Positions 1-9,497 of a stretch of DNA of 64,000 bases are shown piece by piece. Source of the DNA: an uncultured virus (IMG/VR IMGVR_UViG_3300009152_000029) (taxonomy: Duplodnaviria > Heunggongvirae > Uroviricota > Caudoviricetes); IMG/VR virus record IMGVR_UViG_3300009152_000029. One strand, written 5' to 3'. The position numbers were made by a program, and so were the translations under genes. Numbering within the stretch: position 1 is the first letter of the stretch; the number at the start of each line of letters is the position of its first letter. The notes under the pieces were generated by a model, which made no database searches, was not told the DNA's origin, and worked only from the letters and a program-made list of their open reading frames with translations.

Positions 1-866
1 CTCATTCCAATACAGTGAATTACAGGTCGAACAAGAGCAAGTCCCAATCCTTTATCATACAAGACTTCACCGCTAGTATCAGGCTCAGGAACTTCACTAT
101 CTGTCAAAACAGTCAACCTACGCTTAGATTCTAACACAATTTTCTGTGCTAGATATAACCTACAAGCATAATGATTTTCAAGCTTCTGAAATTCTGAAAG
201 TCTCTTACGAAATTCCTTATCTTCTTGCTCTGTAGTACCGATGCCATCAAAGAACTCGATATGCCAGTTTTCAGGGTGTTGTAAGGCTAAATCATAACGA
301 TTAGGAATATCATCAATATATTGCTTGTCATCACTATTTGTGCTTTGAATATACATCTTGCCTGGAAAACTAGAAATATATTCTTTGATTGAAATAAGTT
401 CGTGCTTTACTGCTTCGTGATATCCAATAAGCATATTTTCAAGTAATTTTTCAGCATCACGAATTTCTTCTTTTTCAAGGAATGACTCAAGCAGATATAA
501 ATCATCAAGAGACGTAGCAAGATCTTTAATGAAATCTAAAGCTTCTTGTTGTGAAAGCAAGATTTGATTCTTGAAAGTAGTAAGTCTTGGAGCAATTACT
601 TCAAAATGAGAAATTGACTTGATGATAATCTTAAAATATCCCCAAGCCATATGATTGATGTTTAAAAAACATTCGTGAATCAAATTGCCATCTGGACCAA
701 AAACTTCAGTAGGAACAATTCCCATAAAAGAGTTTTGATTTGTATCAACTAATCCTAAGTTAGTTGATACTGTAGCTAATTCAAGAGCGCACTTGACAAT
801 ATCTTGATTATCAGCAGTCCAAACAGCAATTCCAGCTTCTAATGCGTATTCTGGTGTTTTTTCCAT
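1..866 (-). CDS. hypothetical protein (runs off window edge)
   Basis: Manual translation from ATG at 866 (MEKTPEYALEAGIAVWTADN...) is open to position 1; absent from the ORF track because there is no stop in the window. Confidence 0.7.
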   Translation of the reverse strand, partial: MEKTPEYALEAGIAVWTADNQDIVKCALELATVSTNLGLVDTNQNSFMGIVPTEVFGPDGNLIHECFLNINHMAWGYFKIIIKSISHFEVIAPRLTTFKNQILLSQQEALDFIKDLATSLDDLYLLESFLEKEEIRDAEKLLENMLIGYHEAVKHELISIKEYISSFPGKMYIQSTNSDDKQYIDDIPNRYDLALQHPENWHIEFFDGIGTTEQEDKEFRKRLSEFQKLENHYACRLYLAQKIVLESKRRLTVLTDSEVPEPDTSGEVLYDKGLGLALVRPVIHCIGM

Positions 867-883
867 AATACGTTCATTGTACC

Positions 884-1339
884 TTATAAAATGAAAGAAC
901 CGGAAACAACTAATCTAGGGTCACTGAATTTATTAGAGTTTGGTAATAAATTATTATTATTTTCATAAGAAAATTTAAAATCACTCCATTTATTTTTGAG
1001 TACATAAGATGCAGAAAGTGATTTCTTATCTTCAACAAATCCTGGCATTTTTGTGTTCCCGGCAGAAAAATTGAACGTACCTATAGGTGACTTATAATTG
1101 TAACCCATCAGCAATTTGTGTTTTTCTGATGCAGATAAATCTGTGCCTTTATGCAAGCTATCAATGTTTACTTCAAAACCTGGAAGTTTTTTAAGTTTTA
1201 CATTTGCATTTAATAAAGTTTGATTAGGCTTTACAAAATATGATTCTGAATATGGATTTTGTGAAAAATTATTTCCAAATTGTTGGCCAAAACACAAAGA
1301 AGATAAAGATAATGTTAATAATAAAAATTGTGTTTTCAT
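884..1339 (-). CDS. secreted/outer-membrane-like protein with signal peptide
   Basis: MKTQFLLLTLSLSSLCFG signal-like N-terminus; GAGG RBS before ATG 1339; AAG-N18-AGAAT promoter upstream. Confidence 0.6.
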   Translation of the reverse strand: MKTQFLLLTLSLSSLCFGQQFGNNFSQNPYSESYFVKPNQTLLNANVKLKKLPGFEVNIDSLHKGTDLSASEKHKLLMGYNYKSPIGTFNFSAGNTKMPGFVEDKKSLSASYVLKNKWSDFKFSYENNNNLLPNSNKFSDPRLVVSGSFIL

Positions 1340-1357
1340 AATATTCCTCAAATTAAT

Positions 1358-1383
1358 ATTCTATGTTTTTATCATAGACACTT
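1358..1383 (-). promoter_or_regulatory. putative phage late promoter AAG-N18-AGAAT
   Basis: Exactly spaced motif shared with nine other loci. Confidence 0.55.
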
Positions 1384-1393
1384 AAAAAAGTAA

Positions 1394-2140
1394 AGGGCTA
1401 GAATGAGATTATTTCTAGCCCTGTAGTTTCGTTTGCAAGATTACTCTACTCGCAACTTATAGATTGCTTGCTTATCCACTTTACAGTCAAACTACACAAT
1501 CGCCTTTTTAAACTAGTGGCATTTCTAGTCTAATGTTAGTCTTTTAAACATAAGTGAAATTTTAGATGTTTAAGCATCTGCACTATGTTTTAAGTGTTTG
1601 TTGCATTACACTTTTTATTTTTTGATTGTTTACAACTAACACGAGATACGTCTATTTCTTGAGTGAATTATTGTTATCTTATCAACGGATTGCGATCTCT
1701 TTAATAATTCTATACCCGCTCTCTACAGAAGTGTGCGTATCTTGTTGCTCCTGGATAAGGAATACAACTCACTTCAATGCCTAATACTCCACAAAGTATT
1801 TAGACCTGATTTTGAGACTATAACGGAAGGAATTAAATTGTATCTTCCGCAAAACCTCTCATCATACTATAAAGCTCTTAATCGTGACTTCTCGAACCTT
1901 ATAATTACTCTTCATCTTTTAGGCTTCGATGATGCTGTGCTTGGCTTATATTCAGCGTATATAAGTCCGCTTTCATCTTATTCCATATTTCCAAGTTCTG
2001 TGCTTGAAACTCACAAAGATTGAGCTTGCTTGACTGACCAATTTTATTTGGCGGGAGCAGTAGAGAATTACTTTATCCCTTTATTATTATCTTACGACGT
2101 CAAGCCACCGATTTCCATATTCTTTTGTCAAATTGCTTAC
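1394..2140 (-). ncRNA. large structured ncRNA, GOLLD-like candidate (~750 nt)
   Basis: No credible ORF; TATAAT near 2150 on the minus strand; many stems (GAAGTG..CACTTC, TGTAGTTT..AAACTACA, AAGTG..CACTT); 3' motifs GTGGATAA, GAGTAATC and a terminal hairpin with ATAATCTCA resemble my recollection of the GOLLD 3' domain. Confidence 0.6.
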
Positions 2141-2159
2141 AAGATTATTATACTACAAA

Positions 2160-2576
2160 CTAATTAATTTTCCATTCCTTTTGTAAGTAGATTTTTATTA
2201 TATTTTCAGCCCAGCTTTTCCCATCATCCCCGCCATAACAAAGATATTCCCAATAAGTAGGATTGTCATCTTTTTTACTACGAGAATGCCATTTTTTTGC
2301 TGTAATTTTATGAATTTTCAAAACAGTATCAAGCTCAAGATAACTTCTTTGTGTAAGCTGCCTTGCAACTTCAATGTCTTCTATAGTTCCAAATTTTATG
2401 TCTTTATTTCTGTAACCATATGCTTTAGTAGCAGTTGATTTTACATTAGATGGAATTAATATTTGCTTTTTCAACAATTCATTATGAGTGTAGGCATATT
2501 TGTTAAAAAGTTTATCAGACTCCTCAATATAACCTAATTCATCCAAATCTGAACAAAATTTAAGAAAGCGTTTCAT
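2160..2576 (-). CDS. phage protein with N-terminal helical tag and a YGGDDGKSWA motif
   Basis: MKRFLKFCSDLDELGYIEESDKLFNKYA tag; C-terminus resembles WGGDAG-type phage head-associated domains. Confidence 0.65.
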   Translation of the reverse strand: MKRFLKFCSDLDELGYIEESDKLFNKYAYTHNELLKKQILIPSNVKSTATKAYGYRNKDIKFGTIEDIEVARQLTQRSYLELDTVLKIHKITAKKWHSRSKKDDNPTYWEYLCYGGDDGKSWAENIIKIYLQKEWKIN

Positions 2577-2611
2577 AGGATTTTTATTCTCGATTTAAGA
2601 ACAAATAACTT
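2577..2611. promoter_or_regulatory. overlapping divergent putative late promoters
   Basis: AGG-N18-AGAAC on + (2577-2602) and AAG-N18-AGAAT on - (2586-2611). Confidence 0.55.
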
Positions 2612-2626
2612 GTATAGGAGTTTATT

Positions 2627-3025
2627 ATGGCAATCGGAATAACTGTTTCTGTAAACTACACAATCAATTCAATCACAAAATCTGGAAGTATTGTTGAAGT
2701 TTTTTATACATTGACCAATTCAGTCGCACCCCTTACTAAAAAATACCTTAATATTTTTGATTTAACTACATTTTATGAGGGCATTGGTTCTACTACAAGT
2801 TATTCAGATGCAGTTGATTATGTAGAAACTAATTTTAGTGGTTTAGCTTATACTACAATGTCAACATTTGCAGATACAGCAAGACTTATAATCTTAAACT
2901 CTATTGGATCAACTGCAGGGACAGCAGTTACAGGCGTTGTGACATTTGGACTATTAAACAATCCAATTGTTTCTGTTGGACTTACGCCTTTTACTTATGA
3001 TTTTACTTTCAAGGCAGGAATATAA
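2627..3025 (+). CDS. putative virion structural protein
   Basis: Thr/Ser/Gly-rich, beta-rich composition; GGAG RBS. Confidence 0.55.
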   Translation: MAIGITVSVNYTINSITKSGSIVEVFYTLTNSVAPLTKKYLNIFDLTTFYEGIGSTTSYSDAVDYVETNFSGLAYTTMSTFADTARLIILNSIGSTAGTAVTGVVTFGLLNNPIVSVGLTPFTYDFTFKAGI

Positions 3026-3026
3026 T

Positions 3027-3596
3027 ATGTTAGAAATATTAGCCGATTTAGCTAACGAACTTGACAACAATCAAGCACATAGATTAGCAGATAAAATTAC
3101 ATCTTTGATAAAGACTGCTTCCAATGATTATGATCACGAATACGATATGGTCAGAAATCAAATGGAAACAGCAGAAAGAGCAATCGAAAACATTGAAGAT
3201 GTCGTAGGTGAAGAAGGCGAAGGCAATCTTATGGCTTGGGTTCAGTCAAAGATTACTAATGCTGTAGAAATGCTTGATGGAGTGTCTGATTACTTAAAAA
3301 GTGAACATAAAACAGCATCGGATAAGAACAAAGGCAAGAAACTTAATAAGCCTTTTCGTACTCCAGGTGGTCCAAAGAAATTTTCTGTTTATGTAAAGAA
3401 TGACAAGGGAAATATCATCAAAGTTAACTTCGGCGATCCAGGCCTCAGCATAAAAAGAAACAACCCAAATAGAAGAAAGAATTTTAGAGCTAGACATAAT
3501 TGCGATAATCCAGGGCCAAAAACTAAAGCTCGTTACTGGTCGTGCAGAAATTGGGAAGCTGGCAGGTCTGTATCTGATAACTTGAAAGGCAAATAA
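3027..3596 (+). CDS. head-associated protein with N-terminal tag and basic C-terminal domain (DUF6321-like)
   Basis: Start at ATG 3027 (MLEILADLANELDNNQ); AWVQSKIT motif and KKFSVYVKN...FGDP...RKNFRARHNC...YWSC motif typical of large myovirus proteins. Confidence 0.65.
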   Translation: MLEILADLANELDNNQAHRLADKITSLIKTASNDYDHEYDMVRNQMETAERAIENIEDVVGEEGEGNLMAWVQSKITNAVEMLDGVSDYLKSEHKTASDKNKGKKLNKPFRTPGGPKKFSVYVKNDKGNIIKVNFGDPGLSIKRNNPNRRKNFRARHNCDNPGPKTKARYWSCRNWEAGRSVSDNLKGK

Positions 3597-4357
3597 TGAA
3601 TATTTTCAATTTACTTAAGCTTGCAAACAAATTAGATAAACAAGGCAAATATAGTACTTCAGATTCTATTTTTAAATTTGTTCAAGCTCAAACAGATGAT
3701 TTTGATTTTTCACAAGATCCTTTAGGTATGAGTGTCCCAAACGAAAGAAAAGATAAATTTGCTGATCTAAGGGCAAAACTTGAAAGAGGCGAAATATCAG
3801 AGGATGAATTCAACAATCTTTTTATTGAGATGGTAGAAGCAACTCCTGTCGCTAATGCTGCAGATATTGATAATTTCCAAACTCGATTGCAAGAATCTGG
3901 TGTTCAAACTTTCGGACAAGATAGAGCTTTTTTAGAACAAGCAACTGAATTCGCAGATGATACTTCTGTTATGTGGATTTCAGATCTTGAAGATGATGCA
4001 GAAGATTTTTTTAGAGAAAATGGTGTTGATGTAAATTACCCAGGACAAGCAGGAGATATGTTGCTAGATCTTGCTCAAGCAAATCCAATCAATAACTTAA
4101 CCATAAATGATGCAATTAGAGCAATAACTCCATTCCAAGATTTCTATGATTACTTTGATGATTATTTAAAATCAAGAGTGCCTGAAATGGTAGATATGAT
4201 TGAAGAAGCAGCTTCACGCTCACCTTACAATAAAGATATTCAAGTGACGGAACAAGAAGTTCTTACAGCATTAGAAGAGGCCAATGTTAATCAAAGAAAC
4301 GTAAATACAGCGCTGGAAAATGTTCTTGTTAAAATTCTTGTTTCTAAGGTCAGATAA
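3596..4357 (+). CDS. acidic protein with N-terminal helical tag
   Basis: MNIFNLLKLANKLDKQGKYSTSDSIFKFVQAQ; translationally coupled. Confidence 0.7.
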   Translation: MNIFNLLKLANKLDKQGKYSTSDSIFKFVQAQTDDFDFSQDPLGMSVPNERKDKFADLRAKLERGEISEDEFNNLFIEMVEATPVANAADIDNFQTRLQESGVQTFGQDRAFLEQATEFADDTSVMWISDLEDDAEDFFRENGVDVNYPGQAGDMLLDLAQANPINNLTINDAIRAITPFQDFYDYFDDYLKSRVPEMVDMIEEAASRSPYNKDIQVTEQEVLTALEEANVNQRNVNTALENVLVKILVSKVR

Positions 4358-5055
4358 TGTGGTATAGAACTGCTATTGATCTTGCAGAATTGTTTGGGCT
4401 AAAGGAACCAGAACAACCAAATGCTCCTACACCAGTTGAAAAACCGGGTGTTCCAGATGATGTTTTTAAAGATTTAGTCAGAGCAAATATTCCTCAGCCA
4501 GTTGATCAAATAGACCATTCCAAAGGAGATCATCACTTAATTCTTACTGGTTCTGGAGGTATTCATCAAGGTTCAAGTCATAGCAATTATATCGATAAAG
4601 TATTAGAACAAACTCGTAAAAGTCTTCGTGACAATCCAGAAATATCAGAAAAGTATAATATCAGAAACTTGCCAGATAAAGCTTATGGCCCAATGGATTA
4701 TGCAGAAAGAATAAATTTTGATTCTGGACCTGAACAACCTTTTATGGAACAAGAGGACGCTGTAACTGAAATTCTTCACGATTATTTTGACAAAGGTATC
4801 AGAATAAGCAATATGGGTTCGGTGATGACTGTAAATGCTGTACACGTTCCAACATTTACACAAATGCAAAAATTATTTGAAATTGTCCATTTGTTGCAAC
4901 CTCAAAATATAAGATTTAAAGTAAGAACTGGCAAAGGTGTATTTGACGAAGTTTACGACATTGATGCTGCTGCTGATTTTAAAAATGATATCAAGCAATT
5001 TGAAATGCACGGAAAAAAGAAACCATCTACTATGAGACAATGGAGAGATTATTAA
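4357..5055 (+). CDS. MWY-tag protein 1
   Basis: Starts MWYRTA; TAATG overlap. Confidence 0.7.
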   Translation: MWYRTAIDLAELFGLKEPEQPNAPTPVEKPGVPDDVFKDLVRANIPQPVDQIDHSKGDHHLILTGSGGIHQGSSHSNYIDKVLEQTRKSLRDNPEISEKYNIRNLPDKAYGPMDYAERINFDSGPEQPFMEQEDAVTEILHDYFDKGIRISNMGSVMTVNAVHVPTFTQMQKLFEIVHLLQPQNIRFKVRTGKGVFDEVYDIDAAADFKNDIKQFEMHGKKKPSTMRQWRDY

Positions 5056-5697
5056 ATGTGGTACAGAAAAGCCATTGACACTTCTAAGCCTCCTTTTGAA
5101 ATAGAAGAACCAAAAGTAAAAATGCATCCGCTTCTTGCAAATTTACATCAGAGAATTGAATCCGGAGAGATAAGTGAGGTTGAGTTTTTTCCAACATTAG
5201 TAGCTATGGCAAGAGACTATCCTGAAATTTTAGATAGTGTTTCACCTCCATTGAAACAAACAGTTTTGGGAATTTTAAATCAATCAACCAAACCAGCTGA
5301 TTTCTTGTCTGACCTTTTGGAAAGAGGTAGTACTTATATGCATCCAATCGAAATTGATGAAGTGCAAGGAAGATTGGTAGACAATGGAATTAACTTGGAT
5401 GCTAAAGAAAGAGAACTTATTCCTTTATTTAGAAAAGTTGCTAATCAAATAGACAGCGACTGGTTTGAAACTTATGAAAATGAAATGTCTCAGCCAGTAG
5501 ATGATCATTTTAAAAATTTCATTGTTTATAAAATACCAAATCTTACTTATGAATTAAGTTCTATATCTGGTCAAAAAATTGACAGAGATAAACTTGAAGA
5601 AATGCTTTTGTCAGAAACATATTCTAATGATGAAGATATAAGAAATAAAATTGAAATCACATTTATCAAGCTTTATCTAGAGGCAAAAAATAAATAA
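5056..5697 (+). CDS. MWY-tag protein 2
   Basis: Starts MWYRKA. Confidence 0.7.
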   Translation: MWYRKAIDTSKPPFEIEEPKVKMHPLLANLHQRIESGEISEVEFFPTLVAMARDYPEILDSVSPPLKQTVLGILNQSTKPADFLSDLLERGSTYMHPIEIDEVQGRLVDNGINLDAKERELIPLFRKVANQIDSDWFETYENEMSQPVDDHFKNFIVYKIPNLTYELSSISGQKIDRDKLEEMLLSETYSNDEDIRNKIEITFIKLYLEAKNK

Positions 5698-5921
5698 TGT
5701 GGTACAGAGAATCTGGAAAAGTTAAGTATTATTTTTTCAATGGAGAATCTAAACCATTGAAAGATCATTTACAAGATATATTCCCTTATGCTAATAGTGT
5801 AGATATTTTTTATATGGCAGATAGAGTGAGAAAAATGGCGCTTAATGACGATGATGTTTCCAGAGTATTATATGAAGCAGCAGTTGGTCATTTATTTCCA
5901 AGATACGAGGATAAGCGCTAA
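5697..5921 (+). CDS. MWY-tag protein 3
   Basis: Starts MWYRES; TAATG overlap. Confidence 0.65.
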   Translation: MWYRESGKVKYYFFNGESKPLKDHLQDIFPYANSVDIFYMADRVRKMALNDDDVSRVLYEAAVGHLFPRYEDKR

Positions 5922-6700
5922 TGTGGTACAGGGAAGCAGTTACAAGAGTTGATCCTTCTGGTCAAATAAATATGGATTTTCCTGATATTAAACCTAAGCC
6001 GTTTGACTTAAAAAATATTCAATTTGATATCGAAGTCTATAATGAATACCTTTACTCTATAAAAGCAAATCTTTACGGTAGAGTTTTAGGTTATATAGAT
6101 TTTAAAGCCAAAGATTATTCAGACACTGCTTTTGTTCAGTTAGTATCTTTGAATGAGTATCCATTAAGACCAGGAAGAGAAGAATGGGAAAAACCAATCA
6201 ATCCAGCAGATAGAAATAAAATGGATTTGACTGATGAACTTAGAAATGCTGGATATGATGTTGATGAATCTTCTATTACAAGAGCAAAATGGGGTTTGGG
6301 AAGAAAATTATATCAAGAAATGAAAAAGTTTCTTCAAAATCATAAACCTCAAATACAGTATATTTCTGGAGATGTTCATTCCAAAGATGCTTTCGAAGTA
6401 AGAAATTCAGTCTTTGGTTTACCTGTTGAATCTTATGATCCTTCTGAATCTTTCGGCTATAAAATTGACGAAAAAACTCCGAGAAGTGAAAGAGAAGAAT
6501 TATCAAAAAAGATGCCAAATGAACTTGTACCAGCAAGATTTGATGCGATGGGTAGTGGCGATATTCCTCCCGATAGTTTTATGGTCAAGCACAGATTAAA
6601 GAGACTTCCATATAATAAAACGCAGAAATATAAGGATTCTGTGAAAATACCTCAAACTTATAGTACTAGTTCATTGGAGACAGATACAGATGTGGTATAA
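5921..6700 (+). CDS. MWY-tag protein 4, possible GNAT acetyltransferase
   Basis: Starts MWYREA; RAKWGLGRKLY resembles GNAT motif A. Confidence 0.55.
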   Translation: MWYREAVTRVDPSGQINMDFPDIKPKPFDLKNIQFDIEVYNEYLYSIKANLYGRVLGYIDFKAKDYSDTAFVQLVSLNEYPLRPGREEWEKPINPADRNKMDLTDELRNAGYDVDESSITRAKWGLGRKLYQEMKKFLQNHKPQIQYISGDVHSKDAFEVRNSVFGLPVESYDPSESFGYKIDEKTPRSEREELSKKMPNELVPARFDAMGSGDIPPDSFMVKHRLKRLPYNKTQKYKDSVKIPQTYSTSSLETDTDVV

Positions 6701-7850
6701 ATTTGCTGCTTATGGCACTATAGATTTACAAAAGTATATATCTGAAAATGAAGGCAAAGATTATGACTTTGACGCTGAACTTGAAGCGTTGTTACAATCT
6801 GGTGTAAGTCCTAATTTTGGAATTATATATTTTCATACATTAAATGAAAATTTAGCAAAATCAAAATTACAAAACTACATTTCTTCATTTGTACCAATTA
6901 GAACTGATAAAGCTTTAGCAACATTTGATCCAAAAACAAAAGAAGTTGGATTAAGAGATTTGCAACGTGGTGACACTATTGATGATATGGCTCAATCAAT
7001 CAAACACGAATTAAGACACTCAGTAGACAAAGGCCGCACTTTTAGAAAACCTTATATAAGCAATCTAATACTTGATATGGCTGCTGATTATTTTAGTAAA
7101 TACAAAGAACAATTGGTAGATCCTGACACTAAAAAACTAAAAGATAGCCCAGATAAATTAATGCTTATGATGGTATATGATTTTTTATCAACTAAAGAAA
7201 AAGATTTATTTATGAGATTGCCTCCAGATAGAAAGGCACAACAAGTAGCAAAATTTGTTGATACATTAATTAAGCGACCAGACCAAGTTTACGAAGTGTT
7301 CCAAAGATTGGCCACTGGTGAAGATGAAAAGAGCGTTATATCTTATTACAATGTCAATCATCCTCAAGAATACAGCACACTTCTTTCTGACATAAATGAC
7401 TTTTTCAGTCCAGCCGTATTTAGTAAGTTTGCTGAAAAATATTCTTTCTTAGATAAGCAATCCATAATAAAAGCTTTAAAATTTGTTATTCAAGATCCGA
7501 TGAGTTTAAATGCATCTAATGTACTCAAGGATATAAGTTGGCAAGGTGAATACTTAATATCACAAATTTTGCAACATACTGAAAATGAACAAATGAGAAG
7601 AAATGTATACAAAATTATTTATGATAATTTTCAAAAATTTCTTGAAGAGTTTATGAAAGAGCCAGTAGAAACATCTGATCAATTCAAAGAAGCAAAAAAA
7701 GATTACAATGCTCCTCGTACTGGCAAAATGAAAAAGAGATGGTCAACAAAGTACAAAGGAAGCATTAATTGCAGTAATCCAAAAGGCTTTTCTCAGAAAC
7801 AATATTGCAAAAGAAAAAGAAGTGGTGGAAAATACAAAACGGAGGGATAA
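6690..7850 (+). CDS. MWY-tag protein 5, possible zincin metallopeptidase with basic C-terminal domain
   Basis: Starts MWYKFA; HELRH (HExxH) motif; C-terminal WSTKYKGSINCSNPKGFSQKQYC motif. Confidence 0.55.
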   Translation: MWYKFAAYGTIDLQKYISENEGKDYDFDAELEALLQSGVSPNFGIIYFHTLNENLAKSKLQNYISSFVPIRTDKALATFDPKTKEVGLRDLQRGDTIDDMAQSIKHELRHSVDKGRTFRKPYISNLILDMAADYFSKYKEQLVDPDTKKLKDSPDKLMLMMVYDFLSTKEKDLFMRLPPDRKAQQVAKFVDTLIKRPDQVYEVFQRLATGEDEKSVISYYNVNHPQEYSTLLSDINDFFSPAVFSKFAEKYSFLDKQSIIKALKFVIQDPMSLNASNVLKDISWQGEYLISQILQHTENEQMRRNVYKIIYDNFQKFLEEFMKEPVETSDQFKEAKKDYNAPRTGKMKKRWSTKYKGSINCSNPKGFSQKQYCKRKRSGGKYKTEG

Positions 7851-7863
7851 ACCCTCCGTTTTT
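7836..7863. terminator. bidirectional intrinsic terminator
   Basis: AAAACGGAGGG-ataaa-CCCTCCGTTTTT between convergent genes. Confidence 0.7.
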
Positions 7864-8374
7864 AGTATGCAGTCAAGTAATAAGACCAATACTCATCTTC
7901 TCTATCAATTGGCCTGTTAAGCAAGTAATTAAAGGTATATCTGGGCACTTTGGGTTTGGAGAGCAATTTCATTCCAGTAAGATCTAACTTCTTTCCGCCT
8001 TTTTTATGATTACAATCCGAACAACAAGTAACTAGATTCTCCCATACGTGTTGTCCTCCTAAGTGTCTAGGATGTACGTGATCAAGAGTTAAGTTCTGTT
8101 TTCTTATTCCGCAGTATTGGCAAGTGAAATTATCTCTACTGAAAATTCCCATTCTACTAACTTTGTAAACTGGGTTGCCTTTTTTCTTGATGTTATATTT
8201 TAGTCTAATAACAGAAGGAACTTGATATTGTTGTCCAGCTCCTGTAAAAAAATACGTGTCATCTTTGAAATGAAGTGTCTCAGCTTTGCCCATTATCAAC
8301 AATTTCATCGCTCTAGATAAGGAACAAACGTATAATGGCTCGTAGTTTAAATTAAGCAGTAAAATTCTGTTCAT
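7862..8374 (-). CDS. HNH endonuclease (McrA-like)
   Basis: RDNFTCQYCG...LTLDHVHP..LGG...WENLVTCCSDCNHKKG. Confidence 0.9.
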   Translation of the reverse strand: MNRILLLNLNYEPLYVCSLSRAMKLLIMGKAETLHFKDDTYFFTGAGQQYQVPSVIRLKYNIKKKGNPVYKVSRMGIFSRDNFTCQYCGIRKQNLTLDHVHPRHLGGQHVWENLVTCCSDCNHKKGGKKLDLTGMKLLSKPKVPRYTFNYLLNRPIDREDEYWSYYLTAY

Positions 8375-8419
8375 TTCAAATGAAATTATACCATATTGAA
8401 AAAATATTAGGAAAGAAAA

Positions 8420-8722
8420 ATGAAGTTAGATTCAACAAATTTTTACGACAGTATCAGTGATGGAAAATGCTTAGTAAAGTTCGAAGCATCTTGGTGCGGA
8501 CCTTGCAAAGCTTATGCTCCAATCTATAAAGAGTTTTCAGAAGAGAATGACAAAGTAAAATGTTTTTCTGTAGATTGTCAAGTTGCTCCTGAAATTGCTG
8601 AAGATTTTGATGTCAAGAGTATTCCAGTAACAATTCTCTTCAACAATGGAGAAATGATCGCAAGAAAACCTGGCAAGTTGACAAAAGATCAATTACTAGA
8701 TTTTATTGATCAAGATTTTTAA
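8420..8722 (+). CDS. trxA: thioredoxin
   Basis: WCGPCK active site; SIP cis-Pro motif; 100 aa. Confidence 0.92.
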   Translation: MKLDSTNFYDSISDGKCLVKFEASWCGPCKAYAPIYKEFSEENDKVKCFSVDCQVAPEIAEDFDVKSIPVTILFNNGEMIARKPGKLTKDQLLDFIDQDF

Positions 8723-8893
8723 TTTACTTAAGTTGTTTTTCTAATTGAGATAATCTATTATCTATTTTTTGCAGTTCAGTCTCATCATTTGAAAATTGTT
8801 CAACCTGACGTTTATTTTGATGAGACTTGAATGAAAATAAAAAATATACTAAGCAGCCAATTATATTTATTGAAAAAAATAAAATATCCATAA

Positions 8894-9148
8894 TTATTTT
8901 TCCTTCTTTAGGTTTTCACAAGGATCGTAAGAAAAATATACTTTTTCTTTATCTTCTACTACAGTTATTTTAGAATTTTTATTTTCTAAACCACCAATCT
9001 TAATTTTGCTTGATTGAATTTGATAAGAAGAATTATTTCCCTTTTCAAATAATGTTTTTTTTAACTCCCAAGCACAAGTTGCAAAGTTCATCCAAATTAA
9101 AATATTGCCAATCAAAATAGGCCAGTTTGTATTTTTCTCGTTATTCAT
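8894..9148 (-). CDS. small membrane protein
   Basis: N-terminal hydrophobic segment; AAG-N18-AGAAT at 9179-9204. Confidence 0.5.
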   Translation of the reverse strand: MNNEKNTNWPILIGNILIWMNFATCAWELKKTLFEKGNNSSYQIQSSKIKIGGLENKNSKITVVEDKEKVYFSYDPCENLKKEK

Positions 9149-9215
9149 TTCCAGGTACTCACAACTATTATTTATAATATTCTAAGTAAGATTAATTTTT
9201 TCTTGGGATAAAAAA

Positions 9216-9497
9216 ATGAACAATAATATTCTCGATAGTTTGCACAAGATTGCTTCTTTTTTTGAAAATAATGGCAAAGAGGATTTAGCAGCGGAAATTC
9301 ACGATGTTTTTGTGAAAGTTTCTGCTAAGAAAAAGAAAAAAAGTTCAGGAAAAAACGTTCCTAACAATCCATCTTTATGGTCAAGTTGTAAAGCACAAGC
9401 AAAAGCTAAATTTGATGTATATCCTTCAGCTTATGCAAATGGCTGGGCTGCTAAACAGTATAAATCAAAAGGTGGAACTTGGAGAAAGGAAAAGTAA
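9216..9497 (+). CDS. N-terminal tag protein with basic PSAYANGW domain
   Basis: LHKIASFFENNGKEDLAAEIHDVFVKVSA tag; KFDVYPSAYANGWAAKQYKSKGG motif seen in large dsDNA viruses. Confidence 0.65.
   Translation: MNNNILDSLHKIASFFENNGKEDLAAEIHDVFVKVSAKKKKKSSGKNVPNNPSLWSSCKAQAKAKFDVYPSAYANGWAAKQYKSKGGTWRKEK

Noticed and set aside
1733..2023. 96-aa + strand ORF
   Set aside because: GTG start, no RBS, no recognisable motif, and antisense to the structured RNA candidate.
2040..2120. tmRNA/tRNA-like 3' end (..CTCCCGCCA on the minus strand)
   Set aside because: No T-arm or matching acceptor 5' strand could be built; treated as part of the large ncRNA.
7862..8374. Group I intron/homing context for the HNH, GIY-YIG and Vsr-like nucleases
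   Set aside because: They are free-standing; no interrupted host gene or intron core was recognisable.
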